The notes beneath the pieces were generated by a model. It was not told the DNA's origin, searched no databases, and saw only the letters and a list, made by a program, of their open reading frames with translations. A DNA stretch of 32,727 bases from positions 1 to 32,727 of the forward strand of contig KZ539126.1 of NCBI GenBank assembly GCA_000934665.2. Reading direction: 5' to 3'. Shown piece after piece: positions 1 through 12,128 of the stretch (within the stretch, counting starts at the first letter, position 1; each line of letters starts with the position of its first letter). A program made the translations under genes and the position numbers. The DNA comes from Catajapyx aquilonaris. Lineage: Eukaryota.

Positions 1-1783
1 CTCCTCAGCCGAGGAGCCCTGGACACTGGTCGCCATGTCCGCAGAGTAGTCGTATACGTAGGCCTTTCCGGGTTCATAGTTGAATTTGCTCGTGTCTGGT
101 GGGGGGAGGCAGGGGGGATTGGAGAGAATTTGAACAAAGGTCACACTTGCACTTCAGGTCACTCTCCCACTTTTCCTTCAGGCGCCCACTAATTATGACC
201 TCACTATTTCCTCCCATAAAATATTTGCTTTAACATGCTCACTCATGGGAAGTGTATGAGTGTTGTCAATGGAGTTTCTGAATGAAACTTGGCACAAAAT
301 AATATAGGCAGGTAAGTTATTAACCCTGGAACCGTGCCGTGGGGTCTTTTTGGACCCCAAGGAATTAAAATGCATTAAAATGATAATTACAATGAACTTT
401 TGCCAATTTTTTACTGTATATAACAGGAAGTGCATGTTTATTTTGAATTAGCGATCATCTTAGGCATTGTTCAAATAATGATTGTATACATAGTCAATAC
501 ATTGAAAAGTATTACATAAAAATTCATACAAATTAAAATATAGATGGGGTCCGAAAAGACCCCACGGCGCGGTTGCCGTAACTTTCAGGCACGGCACGGT
601 TCCAGGGATAAAGAAAATGCAAACAATTTAAGCGAATGACCACAAGGTCAAAAGTTATAACATCTCGAACTTATTTTTCTTGAAATTCGGTACATTGGTA
701 GGCCATCCCAAGGGATGAAAAACGCACCTAAAGTGACCTGCTCAAAATGACCCGATGACTCCTTTTTTGGGGGGGGGGGGGGCAGAGGTGAACTGTCGAA
801 AACTCACCGATTTTCTTTAAATTCGGTGCATTGGTAGCCCCCAAAAAGGGATCACCGGATCATTTTGAGCAGGTCACTTCGTGTGCGTTTATCACCCCTT
901 GGTGTGGCCTACCAATGAACCGAATTTCAAGAAAACCGGCGAGATCTTGGAAAGTGTCCCTTGCGAGTTCGAGAGAGGTCATAACCTTTGATCTTGTGGG
1001 CAACCGCCTAAATTGTTTTCATTTTGCTTAATAACTTACCTGCATATAATTATTATTGTGCCAAGTTTGATTCAGCAACTCCACGGACAACACTTACACT
1101 TCCCTTGTCAGATTTATTTACTGATCTTAGTGATTTCGATTTCAGTGCTACGACCTGCACATTGCACAATGCATGATTTTGTAAACCCGTTGCCTTTAAA
1201 AAGATTGCTTCTGTAATAAGCATTCTTGCACTGCAAGCTGTAAACTTTTAATTTGCGTTCACACGAAAATTTCGGACGCACGTATTGAGTGTCAAATCTG
1301 TATTGTCATTATTTTGTCTGCACGTCCCATCATTATTGCCTGCCATAAAATGCATTGCTCCAAGTGGTTGAAGTGGTCGCAAGGAAATATACGTACTAAC
1401 CTTGGTGCTAACGAAATGAGTAAATAATTCTTACCTTTGCAGTAGGCAGTGCATTGGCTGGACAGCCTCAATCCAGTTGGACCTGCAAAATAATACAAAA
1501 ATAAATAAATCCTGATGTCAACTTCCGTGACTATATTGGCAAATAACTCTTTAAGTTATATGGGTAATTCTTCCCAAAAAAAAACATGTTCTCCAGTGGT
1601 GGTACAATGGTACTATTTAATTCCATTGTCAAAAGAGGCAGATCCAGGGGACGAGCTGGACATGGAGAACTTCCTTTTGACTAAGGGTATATATAGTTAG
1701 TAGATGTACTGACCTGCCAAGGAGGCTGCCACGAGGGTGGTGGCGACCCAAAGGGCCGCCGGACTTAGGTGCTTGAGGCGCAT
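1..1783 (-). CDS. Large lipid transfer protein (apolipophorin-II/I / ApoLTP / vitellogenin-N family), 5' exons only; gene continues beyond the left edge
   Basis: Exons 1783-1714 (MRLKHLSPAALWVATTLVAASLA, signal peptide; donor GTCAGT), 1482-1435 (GPTGLRLSSQCTAYCK; ttttgcag/GTAAG) and 95-<1 (DTSKFNYEPGKAYVYDYSADMATSVQGSSAEE). All junctions are phase 1 and compatible. CxxxC followed by F.Y.PGK.Y.Y.Y is the typical start of the LLT (Vitellogenin_N) module. The subfamily cannot be resolved from about 70 aa. Confidence 0.8.
244..1107. mobile_element. Foldback/long-TIR non-autonomous DNA element in LLTP intron 2
   Basis: The left arm (244-323 plus 612-~770) is an imperfect reverse complement of the right arm (~840-1107), e.g. 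AAACTTGGCAC..GGTAAGTTATTAA vs TTAATAACTTACC..GTGCCAAGTTT and AAGTGACCTGCTCAAAATGA vs TCATTTTGAGCAGGTCACTT. No ORF. Exact ends and TSD are uncertain. Confidence 0.75.
324..607. mobile_element. piggyBac-type MITE nested in the foldback element
   Basis: Perfect 18-bp TIR CCCTGGAACCGTGCCGTG (324-341 / 590-607), flanked by TTAA (320-323) and ATAA (608-611). An asymmetric internal 29-bp inverted repeat (330-358 vs 546-574, 2 mismatches) is also present, as is typical of piggyBac ends. Confidence 0.85.
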
Positions 1784-1919
1784 CTGGCCTCCGTGATGTA
1801 ACTCTCTTTGCTGGGAAGACTTGTTCAGTGCAGAGGATGCGTAACAACAAGAACAACAACACCAACACCAAGAACAAGAATAGCACGAACTGAATATAAG
1901 GCTTCAACAGCCGCTGAGG

Positions 1920-1954
1920 AACTGAGGCTTCCCAAGCCCAGGCTTGCTTTTATA
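1920..1954 (-). promoter_or_regulatory. Core promoter of the LLTP gene: TATA box plus arthropod initiator
   Basis: Minus-strand TATAAAA at 1954-1948 and TCAGTT at 1925-1920. The Inr A (1923) lies 31 nt from the TATA T, which is canonical spacing, and 140 nt upstream of the ATG. Confidence 0.75.
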
Positions 1955-4900
1955 GGGGGCAAACCTCGGTGGTCACAACCGATAGCAACCCAGCAGAGGG
2001 GCCCATCAGCACCTCTCCTCCTCCTCCAGGAGCATAATCTCTCGGACTTTGTGCCGAGTGACGACAACTGCGAAAGGCAATAACGATAGATGCACGTGTG
2101 CTCTGCGGGACTGATTATGATTGATAACAATCGCACCTATTGCAGGGCTTATTTCGTTTGCTTTGCCTATCACTGCCGAATGATGAGCTTCTCAGCAAAT
2201 CCTGCTCTTCTCTGCAACAAGAGCTCTATATCTCTCCCCGATCAGCAGATAAGACCAGGAAGCAAAGGCCAATCATTGTGTTTTTCTGAAGAGTGCTGCG
2301 GTGTGGGAATAAGGTACGCTGCTATCATTATTATCTCCCTGGACTTTGCCGGGACACTGCGCCTTTCTGGAGGACATCGATCGGGGTTGCCCAATGGCCG
2401 ATTGATTCACTCCAGTTATCTCATCACACACACACAGCGTAAATAGCTTGCCAATTCCAAGGGCCACAGTTCTATTCTGGCCAACTCTTCTTGTCAACAC
2501 TTGTTGTTGTTATCAGATCTACAGATACGCAACATGACCTTATGCCGATTATACGCTTACATTCAGAATGAACCGAGGTCACTTACGCAGTATATACGCA
2601 CACGCATGTACTCTACTTGTGTGTGCGTGACTCCGTACACAACATATATGGTCAGGTCATGCACGCCGCGTTACGGCTCTCGACAACTTTTGTTCCACAA
2701 TATTTTAAAAAATTGGTACAGAAGAGGCGCATCATAGTCGTGTGTATCAAGCATACCAATCTCTATAGGGGGAAAAAAGGGATAAATGAATACTGGAAAG
2801 ATATGAATATTTGAAAAAAATATGAGAATGCGAGAGAACGCTTCTGACAGGCCTCTCTATACTGCTCATCTCTTATCTCACAGGTGTTCCTTATTGAGGT
2901 AAGTCAATATTTGAGCACAGAGGGTGAGGAGGGGGGAGGGGGATGTGATTTTTCACATAATCTCTCTGAAAAGCGTCAACTCGTAAAGTGACTGTGTCAG
3001 TATTTATACTCCACGTGGTGGCAAACAACTTCTGCCCAAAGTGATAGCCAGAATGTGCTGCTTATTCAATAACAAGTTCAATCGGCCTCAAGAGAGAGTG
3101 GCAGCAAGCCTGTTGTGCGCGTGTGAACCGGTGCATGATGGCCTTTATCTCTGCCCCCCTTAATCGCAATCGCAGGTCCAATAGGACAACATCAGTCCAT
3201 AGTTCTTTGCAAGAATAGCACCCACCATGCATGGATGATACTCTTTCCCCCGAGCTCCCCGGCCGCCATAAAAACTCACATTCTCTTTTCCTTTGTATAA
3301 GCCTTGGTATAAGCAGGCCTGGATTTGGCAATTATTATTGTCACTTCAAGTCAGGATCACCTATGGCAGTCACCATCTGCCTCGATCACTTCTTTTTTTC
3401 TTTTCGTTTCTCTCTCCATCTGTTCCGCACATGTGAATATCAGACATATATTATTTGAAGGTAAGGACGAGTCACTCGTCACGATGGAAGAATGTCACAC
3501 CTTCCGCTTCCAATCTTTTGGCTTTTCCCAATTTTGGCCACATACGCTGGTACACACCATCCACGGGATTAGTGAGACGACTGTAAGCCTTAATTTGGGA
3601 AATCCGGGTCGTCGAAAAAGAAATAATTAAAACTCGAGAAAAACTGCTGGAAACCGCTTTGCATTTTATACCACAGAATGTGAGGAGTTTGAACCAGCAC
3701 CTTCACCTGCTGTATAAGAGCACTTTATCACTTCAGGAGAGCAGCAGACAATATAGAAAATATATTTATCCTCGTAGGTGCTGGTGAAATAATTTTGCAT
3801 GTATAGCTTCGTGGCCAAGGGACAGAAATTATTGACAATTTGCCAAAAAAATGCTGAATAGAACAGACTGGTTTTATTGAATTGAAGCAAATTACTTTGC
3901 CGGTCGAGGAATATAAAAGCAATATAGTACGTAGGTTCGAGATACGTAAAGAAGCTTCTTTTCATGGCCATTTCACTCAATATCGTCCAGTTACTCCGTG
4001 TAGAGAGTTGTACTATCCACAAAGCGTGGCATTTTTGATTGCCGCCTTCCCTCGACTTAATGTAGATTATGCCACCTCCTCTGCCATTACAAGTACAAAA
4101 GGGCAAATTTTAAAGGTATACTATAAAATATATCCGTAAAGGTCCGTAATTTTTTGATTTGTAAAAATGTTTAAAAAAAAGTGATTCATACATATTATTC
4201 AGCTGACTGAATTATTCAAGGTCAGGAACATAGACCTTAGGTCTATGTGCAGTAATACAGAGGCCAATAAATAATACTACCTCTCTAAAATAAATTCTGT
4301 CTTGTGCACAAACACTTGCCCTTGTACTATGTATAGGCAAATATAATTTTGCACCTTTATTAAATAAGGGACCTGCGCTAAGGAGTGTCGTGAATGTCAT
4401 TTATTTTCATTACTACCCTGTACGTATGTGCGTATACTCACGAATTGCTAGGATTCAGGGACGGGTAAAACGATATAAATCACCATTATTCTGCGTAATA
4501 TTGGCTCCACCTCAGACTTGTGCATCATACGCCAACATGATGCAACAATATATTCATTCATTCGTATCGTACATTATTCATTAACCGAAGCACCTACTGC
4601 ACAGTGCACAAGGAGATTTTCCCCAAGCCCATGCATTTCCTCTGGACAACTTCATAAATAGGAAATGTTTGTTGCACTGATGCATCTTCTAGTAGTTGTG
4701 CTGATAATAACGAATGCGTGAGTATTATTTCAGTTGCGCTTAAATTCCCAGCGTGTGCTGTGCTGAGGCTGTCTATATGAAACACTGCATAAAAATTGCA
4801 GCAAACCATCCCGGATATTCGCCTTGAAATTGGTCCACCTCAATGCCTCATCATCCGTGGCCTGCAGCAGCATTACACCGGGCCATCTTTCCCCGAATTC

Positions 4901-7900
4901 AAATAAATACCTGTAGCTGAACGTGAGGCGGTCAGAAATAAAATGTCAAATAAAATAAAAATGTTGGTACAGCGCACAGCACATCTTTTAATTTGCCCGC
5001 AGGCCATATCATACAGCTAGGTAAGAAAAAAAAGAAGATAAAAATCCCCTTTTTGTGGGAAACAGGAGACACAGGTTTGTATCCAGTGTCCCTGCTGTTG
5101 TGAGTAATAATCTGAAAACTGGTTCCAAAACTGTTGGTTTATCATGTGACGGACACATGTAACAAGATGCGGTGAAAATAAGTAATAAATTAAAGCTGAT
5201 AAAGGCGGACTGCGACCCGGCACTATAGATGATAGCTGGAGAGTCTATCGAGCCCTGCAACATGTTTTCATCCTCTCTGAGCATCAGGTTCTGTCCGGCA
5301 TATTGCACTGTGCACTGTGCACGTGTGTGTGTCCTTTGCCTTCCCACAATAATGAATTGCGCTGTTCCATTCAGCAGGTGGTTTCACCAGTGGTCAGTGC
5401 CGCTCAAACTATAGCTCACCGAACGAACGTCGTCGGCGTCGCTCACAGTTTATCCGGAATCTTAAAAGTTTTGGCATTTCAGAGGCTTGTATACACTGCT
5501 GTGTATGGGTGTGTCACCATGAAAACGGGGCCTATTTGGAGGGTTTTCGAAGGCTGGCTCCGAATCAGATATCGACTGTGCATATTTCTAAATGGCCGCG
5601 GGGGATCCAAGATGGCAGAAATTTTCAGCAAATGTTGTTGCATGGGTTTATGCGGAAATCTGTGGCCGGCCGTGTGGTGGAATATTGGAAAATTTTGACT
5701 TTCCTATAACTTTCTGGATTTCGTATTTCCAATACTGTTCAATCTATCGCCATGAAAGTAATTCTCGCAGTCGAGCGTATACATACCCCAAAGAAAGTAC
5801 AAGTGCCCCAATTTCATAAGTTATTGAAAATGTTGTTGGCTATGCCCTACGAGGCCATATTGTAAATATCGACTGATTTTCATGCGAGCAAAAAATATAA
5901 TATATTTAAAAGTAATTTCCCAAAATAATGTCGAAACTAATGTTATACCGTCGGATCTCTCTCTTCGTCGAATAAGGATGTGGTGTTGGTAGCCTCTCAA
6001 ACTGATTAACAATGGAGAATGTGGGAGGGGAATGTAAATCTTAATAATTATATTCACACTCCCATATCTCGGTCAGATGCTCTTGTCAGACGATCTTGTG
6101 AAATCTTATTCACGTCGTCCTATGATTTTTTTTGTAATCAAAATGTACCGTGCACCAAGAGCACAATCATAATTATTATACCCAAGGATAATATGTCGCT
6201 ATCACAGAGTGGCATTACACAGCTGCAAGTTGCCTATTCGGATTGGTGCACTTGGTGGGATATCAGGAATAGAGTTGGAGCTCCATATAAAAATTGGACT
6301 GTGGTTTTTGTGGTGAGGAAAACTAAATCTGCTGTGCATATACCACCCCACACCCCACCCACACACACACCCAGCGTGCGATGCATGTACTGTGCAAGTT
6401 ATATTCTTTCGCTGCCCACGTCAAAAAAGCCTGATGGCATTTTTTCTTTCTTTCACGAGGGGCCGAGTAACAAGACAGGTAACCGAGCTCGCTGCTTATT
6501 TCCGAGAACACAGCACAACCTCCGGTAGTTGTTTTCCCCGGCCCTCTTTACCCTGAAGTGTATACCCGTTGCCTGCGCGTCACCCCGCTCGCCTGTCACA
6601 ATAAATCGCGCGAATAAGCCGAAGAAACATAATTACAAGGCATAAGTCATCCATCAGGGTCCGGGAAGGACGACCCACCCACATACACCCAACCACCCAC
6701 ACATATGGGGATGAGCCATCAATCGTCCAGCAGAGAAACTTTGCCTGCTGATGAGAGTCACAATCCTGTATAGTATACATTGTATATGAGCACCGGCGCG
6801 GCGATGAGTGGAAATGACTCCTTTCCGCTGATGGCATCATGCGGTGCAGACAACAATGCTGCCACTCGGATGGGGCTGCAGAAATGCAGCAAGAGTACGC
6901 CGCAAGTCTTTCTTGCCCCATCGGCCGGAAGAAATGATTAATTAACGAATTAATTAATATTCGTATACTGCTTCATCCAGCACGGACGGACGTCACTGCT
7001 GGTGTGTGACGCCAATAAGAAGCGCGCACGAGTGATTGCGTTGCAAGTCCTGATGTGTGACACATCGGTTGTCGCTCGTCTTTCCTCCTTCCTGACCAGC
7101 AGCACGATGACCTTGCAACGAGCGAGCGAGAGGGCATACTGTACTGTACTGCACGTTGTGCGGACAATGATCGCTGCCCATCATCCCCTATATACGCCAG
7201 ATTCCTGATGCGTGTGTACGTAGCGATACTATAGTAAAGCGAGCTAATCACCACAAACTTCATCTTTGGGCCAGAGCTGATGGGCTGCATATCTCGCCAG
7301 GATGGTTCCCGGATGACAGGCAACATAATATACTGTCACCTTGTCACCTGGAGGCAATGGACTGAATATTGGATGAATGTCTTCCTGCATAGGAGAGATT
7401 CTTGTGGGTGGTTGTGTGCAGCGGAGGAGGAGGAGGAGGAGGAAGCGAGTGAGTCTGGTATAATCGAGGGACCGGATCTTTGGCCACTTTAATATTGCTG
7501 CAAAGGAAGGAAAGGAAGGAAGGAAGGAAGCCGCGGTCACACAGCAGAGGCCAATGGAACGGGTATGGCTTTGGTCAGGGGGGGTTGGGGGTGGTGGGTG
7601 GAAGGAAAAGGAGGTCATTTTAAGGGTAAGCCAAGAAAATTACGAGTAAATTTTAAAAAGCCTCCCCCCTGCCCCCCCACCACCCCCACGTCCTTTTCCT
7701 GCGAGTTGGACAGGATGTGAGAGGCAGTGTGTGACGGAGGCTGCACAGTGTATAGTGTATATGAGGTGGGTGGGAGGGAGGGAATAAAAGGGGGAAACTC
7801 AGGGAAGGAGGGGTGAGGAGTCCTTGAAAGCAACTCAACTACATTTTCTGGCGTTAGTACCTGCTTGGCGAGATTGCGGGAAAGAGCAGCCAGCCAGCTC

Positions 7901-8089
7901 TAGTGACACACCTGAGATTATTTTACTACGTGCACTTGCTTATAGTGGACTCAAGAGGCACTACTAGTCAGACTCGAAGAAGACTCGACCACAGGTCCTG
8001 GTGCACGACAGATCAACACTATTTATATACTAGCAAGGAGAGTGCTTTGCAGTCCTTCTGCTGCTATAGTGGTGGACATATTGACGGTT

Positions 8090-11000
8090 ATGACGGGCAT
8101 CAGACGGTGCTGGTCGACGGTGGTGGTGTTGGGGATGGTCGTCCTGGCCTCCACCCTGGTCACCCTCGCAAGTGCGCAGAGGCTCACTGGTGAGTATCGC
8201 ATACATGTAGAGTCCGTCTCCACCTAATTCTCTCGACTGGCTGCTTCCTTCTTCATGCCAGCACCAGTCCCCGATATTCGCATGCAAATTTCGGTGGAAA
8301 TATGTGCGGGATTATACGGGTGTATCTGACCCATGGTATTGGAGCAGAATGACCCTGCGGCTGTTGCAAGCGAGTGCCACCCATCATTCCCATATACCGA
8401 ATTGCGTGGAGAGAACGGATGAATACTCTCCGCTAAACAGGTTTTCCCAAGCATCATCGTATATACGACGACGATGATGATAATGAAGAGGAGGGGGGAG
8501 GGGGGGGCGCAAAAAAAAGACGTGCAAAAAGTATAGAATCGGGGGGAAACTATATCACGCCAAACTGACATGCCTGCATATTTGCAACTGTTTTACTTGC
8601 TTTCTCTCGGGACTTACGCAACCCATTCAGACGCGACCAAAGAGGATATTATTTTCTAACCTGGTGTTCTATAATGTATGCATGTGCAGTACGCAAAGGA
8701 AAGGCAATAATTATATGCTAATGGGGCGATGTTATACAAGAATGAGTCAACCCGCATTTTTTGAGTAAAGGGCTTTGAAGGTCATACCTGATGTGAAATT
8801 ATTCCGGTGTTCTTTTCGGTCATTTATGGCAGATGTATGCAGATTTAGCCACCTTTATACTTGATCTTTAAATGAATCAAGTGCTACTCTTTGGGTGTAT
8901 ATGTTCCTGATGGGCTTAACTCAATTTTGACATTTGTGGGGTGACCCATTATTGCGTGACACCGTCCAGTTAGAACTGGGTAACGCGGCTCACTCGACCT
9001 CACCTCCGAGTACGAAGTAAACCATGAGAGTAACACATGAGCGTATAGTTTCATTAAATGCTCCGGAAGTCTGCTCATTGCACTCCAACGTCCCTATCTA
9101 ATTGATCGTGGGGTAAATCCAGAAGTCAATTTTCCTCCGTGATGTATGACCCTTTTTGCCAGCATGTATCCTTGAGGCTTTTTCCCCCCTTCAAAAGGTG
9201 ATCTTCCCCCGAGCTTTGTCCGGAAATATTGCACCCACTTGTCATTTTCTGGAATGGGTGTTTTTTCCCCGCAGGTGGTGATGGGGAATTTTCTGGCAGG
9301 CATGTCCACACACAATGAGTCGCGCTTTCAGTGGGCCAGAACACCCCCAGAGATAAAATCATTGGCGTGCTGGGTGGAAATATGTGCACGATGGATTCAA
9401 TGGGAAGTCCTCGTATAGCGGAGATTTTCGTTTCTTACGCAACTATGCAAAAAAAAGCTATATTAATCCATGGTCTTAATATTATTGTGGGTATAATAAT
9501 TATTATAATGTGATGCCGTTTTCAGAGGGAGACGACTGCGAGCTGTACGACGGTTCACCTGGAGTGTGCGTGGGTGCGGAGAAATGCCCGACTTTCGAGA
9601 GGGACATTGCCGACGGGAACTACCCCCCGGTGTGCGAGTTCAAACATCTGACGCCCATCGTCTGCTGCGTCTCCAACTCTCGTCCCCGTCCCACGCCACC
9701 ACCTCCTCGTCCACCTACCAAGAGACCAACCACCAGGCCTCCAGTCAGGCCCAGGCCCCAAACTCCTAGACCCGCTCCCAGACCACCTCCGACCAGACCG
9801 CCCACCACGACCACCACCACGACCACCAGCCTGTCAAACAGGATCAGCAGGAGAAGTGAGTGTCGCCCTATTTGCATCTGTCGTCGTGGGGATCGAGGAG
9901 ACAATGATGGTCATTGATTTTGTGTCCTCTTATTATTGGCAGAGTGCGCGGAGTACAGCCAGAAGCAGACGAGCCCTGGCCTAATAGTGTTTCCCCTGCT
10001 GGTTGGAGCAGACGAGTACGTGGACAAGGACGAGAAGAAGTGCGCCAGCCAGGTGCCCTTCGTCGTTGGAGGTGAGCAGACAGGCGTCGGGGAGTTCCCA
10101 CACATGGTCAGTATTATACTCGCCTATATAATAATTTATACAGAGCAGTGACCTCCGACCTCGTCGTGCCTTATTATTTACACAACATGGCTCGCGATTA
10201 TTGTTCCAGGCCGCCCTTGGGTACACGATCAAGGGTGTGCGACAGTTCGTCTGCGGAGGAAGCCTGATCAGCGACCGTTTCGTCCTGACAGCCGCCCATT
10301 GTCTCAGTCCCTCGTCAGTATATCTCTCTCATCCTCTTCTTCATATCTTCTTGCTCCATCGTTCATTCTGTTGATATAATATGGCTGATATTCGTCCTCC
10401 ACTGATTGGCATAGGAATGCGGGTCCCGTGGAGGTGGTTCGACTGGGCGAGCACAACTTCGACAGGACGGACGACTCAACCCACGTGGACGTGGACGTGG
10501 AGGAGAGAATCCCCCACCCGCGGTACCAGCCTCCTTCATCATACCACGACCTGGCCCTGCTCAGGCTGGCCAGAAGCGTGGACTACCTCCAGCCAAGGAT
10601 CAGGCCCGCCTGCCTGCCCACCCCGGACACGCTCAGGGGGATCCGGGAGGCCATCGCCACCGGATGGGGACACACTCTCTTCGGTATATATGTCCCATCA
10701 TTATACTGATGTGTTATTAAGAGTGTGCACGATTACATTATTGTGACACTGCAACTTAGTTAATTGTTGTTGACAGCTGGTGATCCGAGTCCCTACCTGA
10801 AGAAGGTGGGCCTGAGGATGGTGAGCAGAGACAAGTGCGACGAGGTCTACCCCAGCGGGAGGCCTCAGCTGATCAACGGCATCGTCGACGGACAGCTCTG
10901 CGCAGGGGACGAGAGGGGAAACGACACCTGCCAGGTATAGGGTCCAGATATCCACCAAGCTGCCTCTCTACACCCACTCGTCCTGTGATATAGAACCCCA

Positions 11001-11208
11001 ACAATAATTTCCCTTCGTCTTCTTCTTGCCCTTTCCCGATATACAGGGCGACTCAGGCGGTCCCTTGCAAGTGTTCGACCCAGAGCTGTGCTCCTTCGAC
11101 ATCGTAGGAATCACCTCCATCGGACAGTTCTGTGGCGCTGGAGCACCTGGCATCTACACCAGGGTCTCGCACTACGTCGACTGGATTGAGAAGCAAGTCT
11201 GGAACTAG
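8090..11208 (+). CDS. Clip-domain serine protease, CLIPC (snake/persephone-like), 428 aa, 7 exons
   Basis: Exons 8090-8189, 9526-9855, 9943-10106, 10210-10313, 10415-10683, 10777-10934 and 11047-11208, all GT-AG and phase-compatible (1287 nt). Signal peptide; clip C-x9-C-x5-C-x15-C-x9-CC; RISRRKCAEY motif typical of CLIPC; activation site QVPF/VVGG; intact triad TAAHC, HDLALL and DTCQGDSGGP. Confidence 0.95.
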
Positions 11209-11738
11209 TAGTGCTGCGGCCGAGGAAGACAAGGCATAGGAAGACATCCCAAGGGTCCAGCACCATCACCTTCAGTCTCGCCCTATCTACGTATGCCCTA
11301 TACATCACTCATCATCATCCACCCAGTGTACAAAACCGGCCCAGCATCCCTCCAGCCAATCAAAGCCATCAAGCAACAATATTTAAGAAAACCTCGAATC
11401 TCACAACAATCGCAATGGGAAAAGGTCTCGAGATGAGTATTTTCATTCACATTGTGACTGGTTACAAAAAAAAAAAAAAAAAAAAAAAGTGTGTCATATG
11501 AACAAAATATATTATTTATTCGAACATGTCCGTGTTCATCATTATTCGAATTCATGATTGAATTTTACAGCTCGTACTGTATGTTTCAGTCTGAACCAGT
11601 TGGAAATCATCCGCGAATGAAGGCCACTAATATAGAAATGAAGAGAAGAAGCGAGAGACAGCTATATAGACGGTTTATTATACACAGTGACCTGCAACAA
11701 TGACTGTCACTTGGACGCCAAGAGTCCCACAGACAGCA

Positions 11739-11780
11739 TTATTATTATTATTATTATTATTCTTATTATTCTTATTATTA
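11739..11780. repeat. (TTA)n microsatellite in the CRAL-TRIO 3' UTR region
   Basis: Directly visible TTA repeats with TTC interruptions. Confidence 0.85.
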
Positions 11781-11931
11781 GCGCGATTGTTTCGATCTAC
11801 AAAGGTAACATATTCTACCAACTATTCAGGCATAAATAGTATACACTATACAGAGCAGTTGCGTTCACGTGCATCGCTGCTGCACAGCTCGGCGACATGG
11901 CTCAGTGTCGTGTGCCGTCCTCCAGCACTCG

Positions 11932-12080
11932 TCACTTCTTCCAGTTGTACCCAATTTCCTGGAGCTCTGGATATTATTGGTTTCAAGTGTATAAGAGAGG
12001 AATGGAGAGAGAACAGGACTATAATTAATGCCGCAGAGAGTCATATCTTTCTCCCCAGAATACTTGAAAGGCCCTGTACT

Positions 12081-12128
<48 letters not shown>

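Noticed and set aside
5490..6110. Possible transposon remnant (CCAAGATGGC, ATAACTTT and CATATCTC motifs)
   Set aside because: It looks repeat-like, but no TIRs, TSD or coding remnant could be defined.
2500..7900. Many 60-170 aa ORFs in the intergenic region
   Set aside because: They have no recognisable domains, no coding-like codon bias and no consistent splice structure.
11466..11488. Poly(A) run after the protease gene suggesting a retrocopy
   Set aside because: The gene retains its introns and no TSD is visible. It is treated as a simple homopolymer.
11905..11934. TGA-C stop context of CRAL-TRIO (readthrough)
   Set aside because: It would add only ~10 residues (RVLEDGTRH) with no targeting motif, and there is no supporting evidence.
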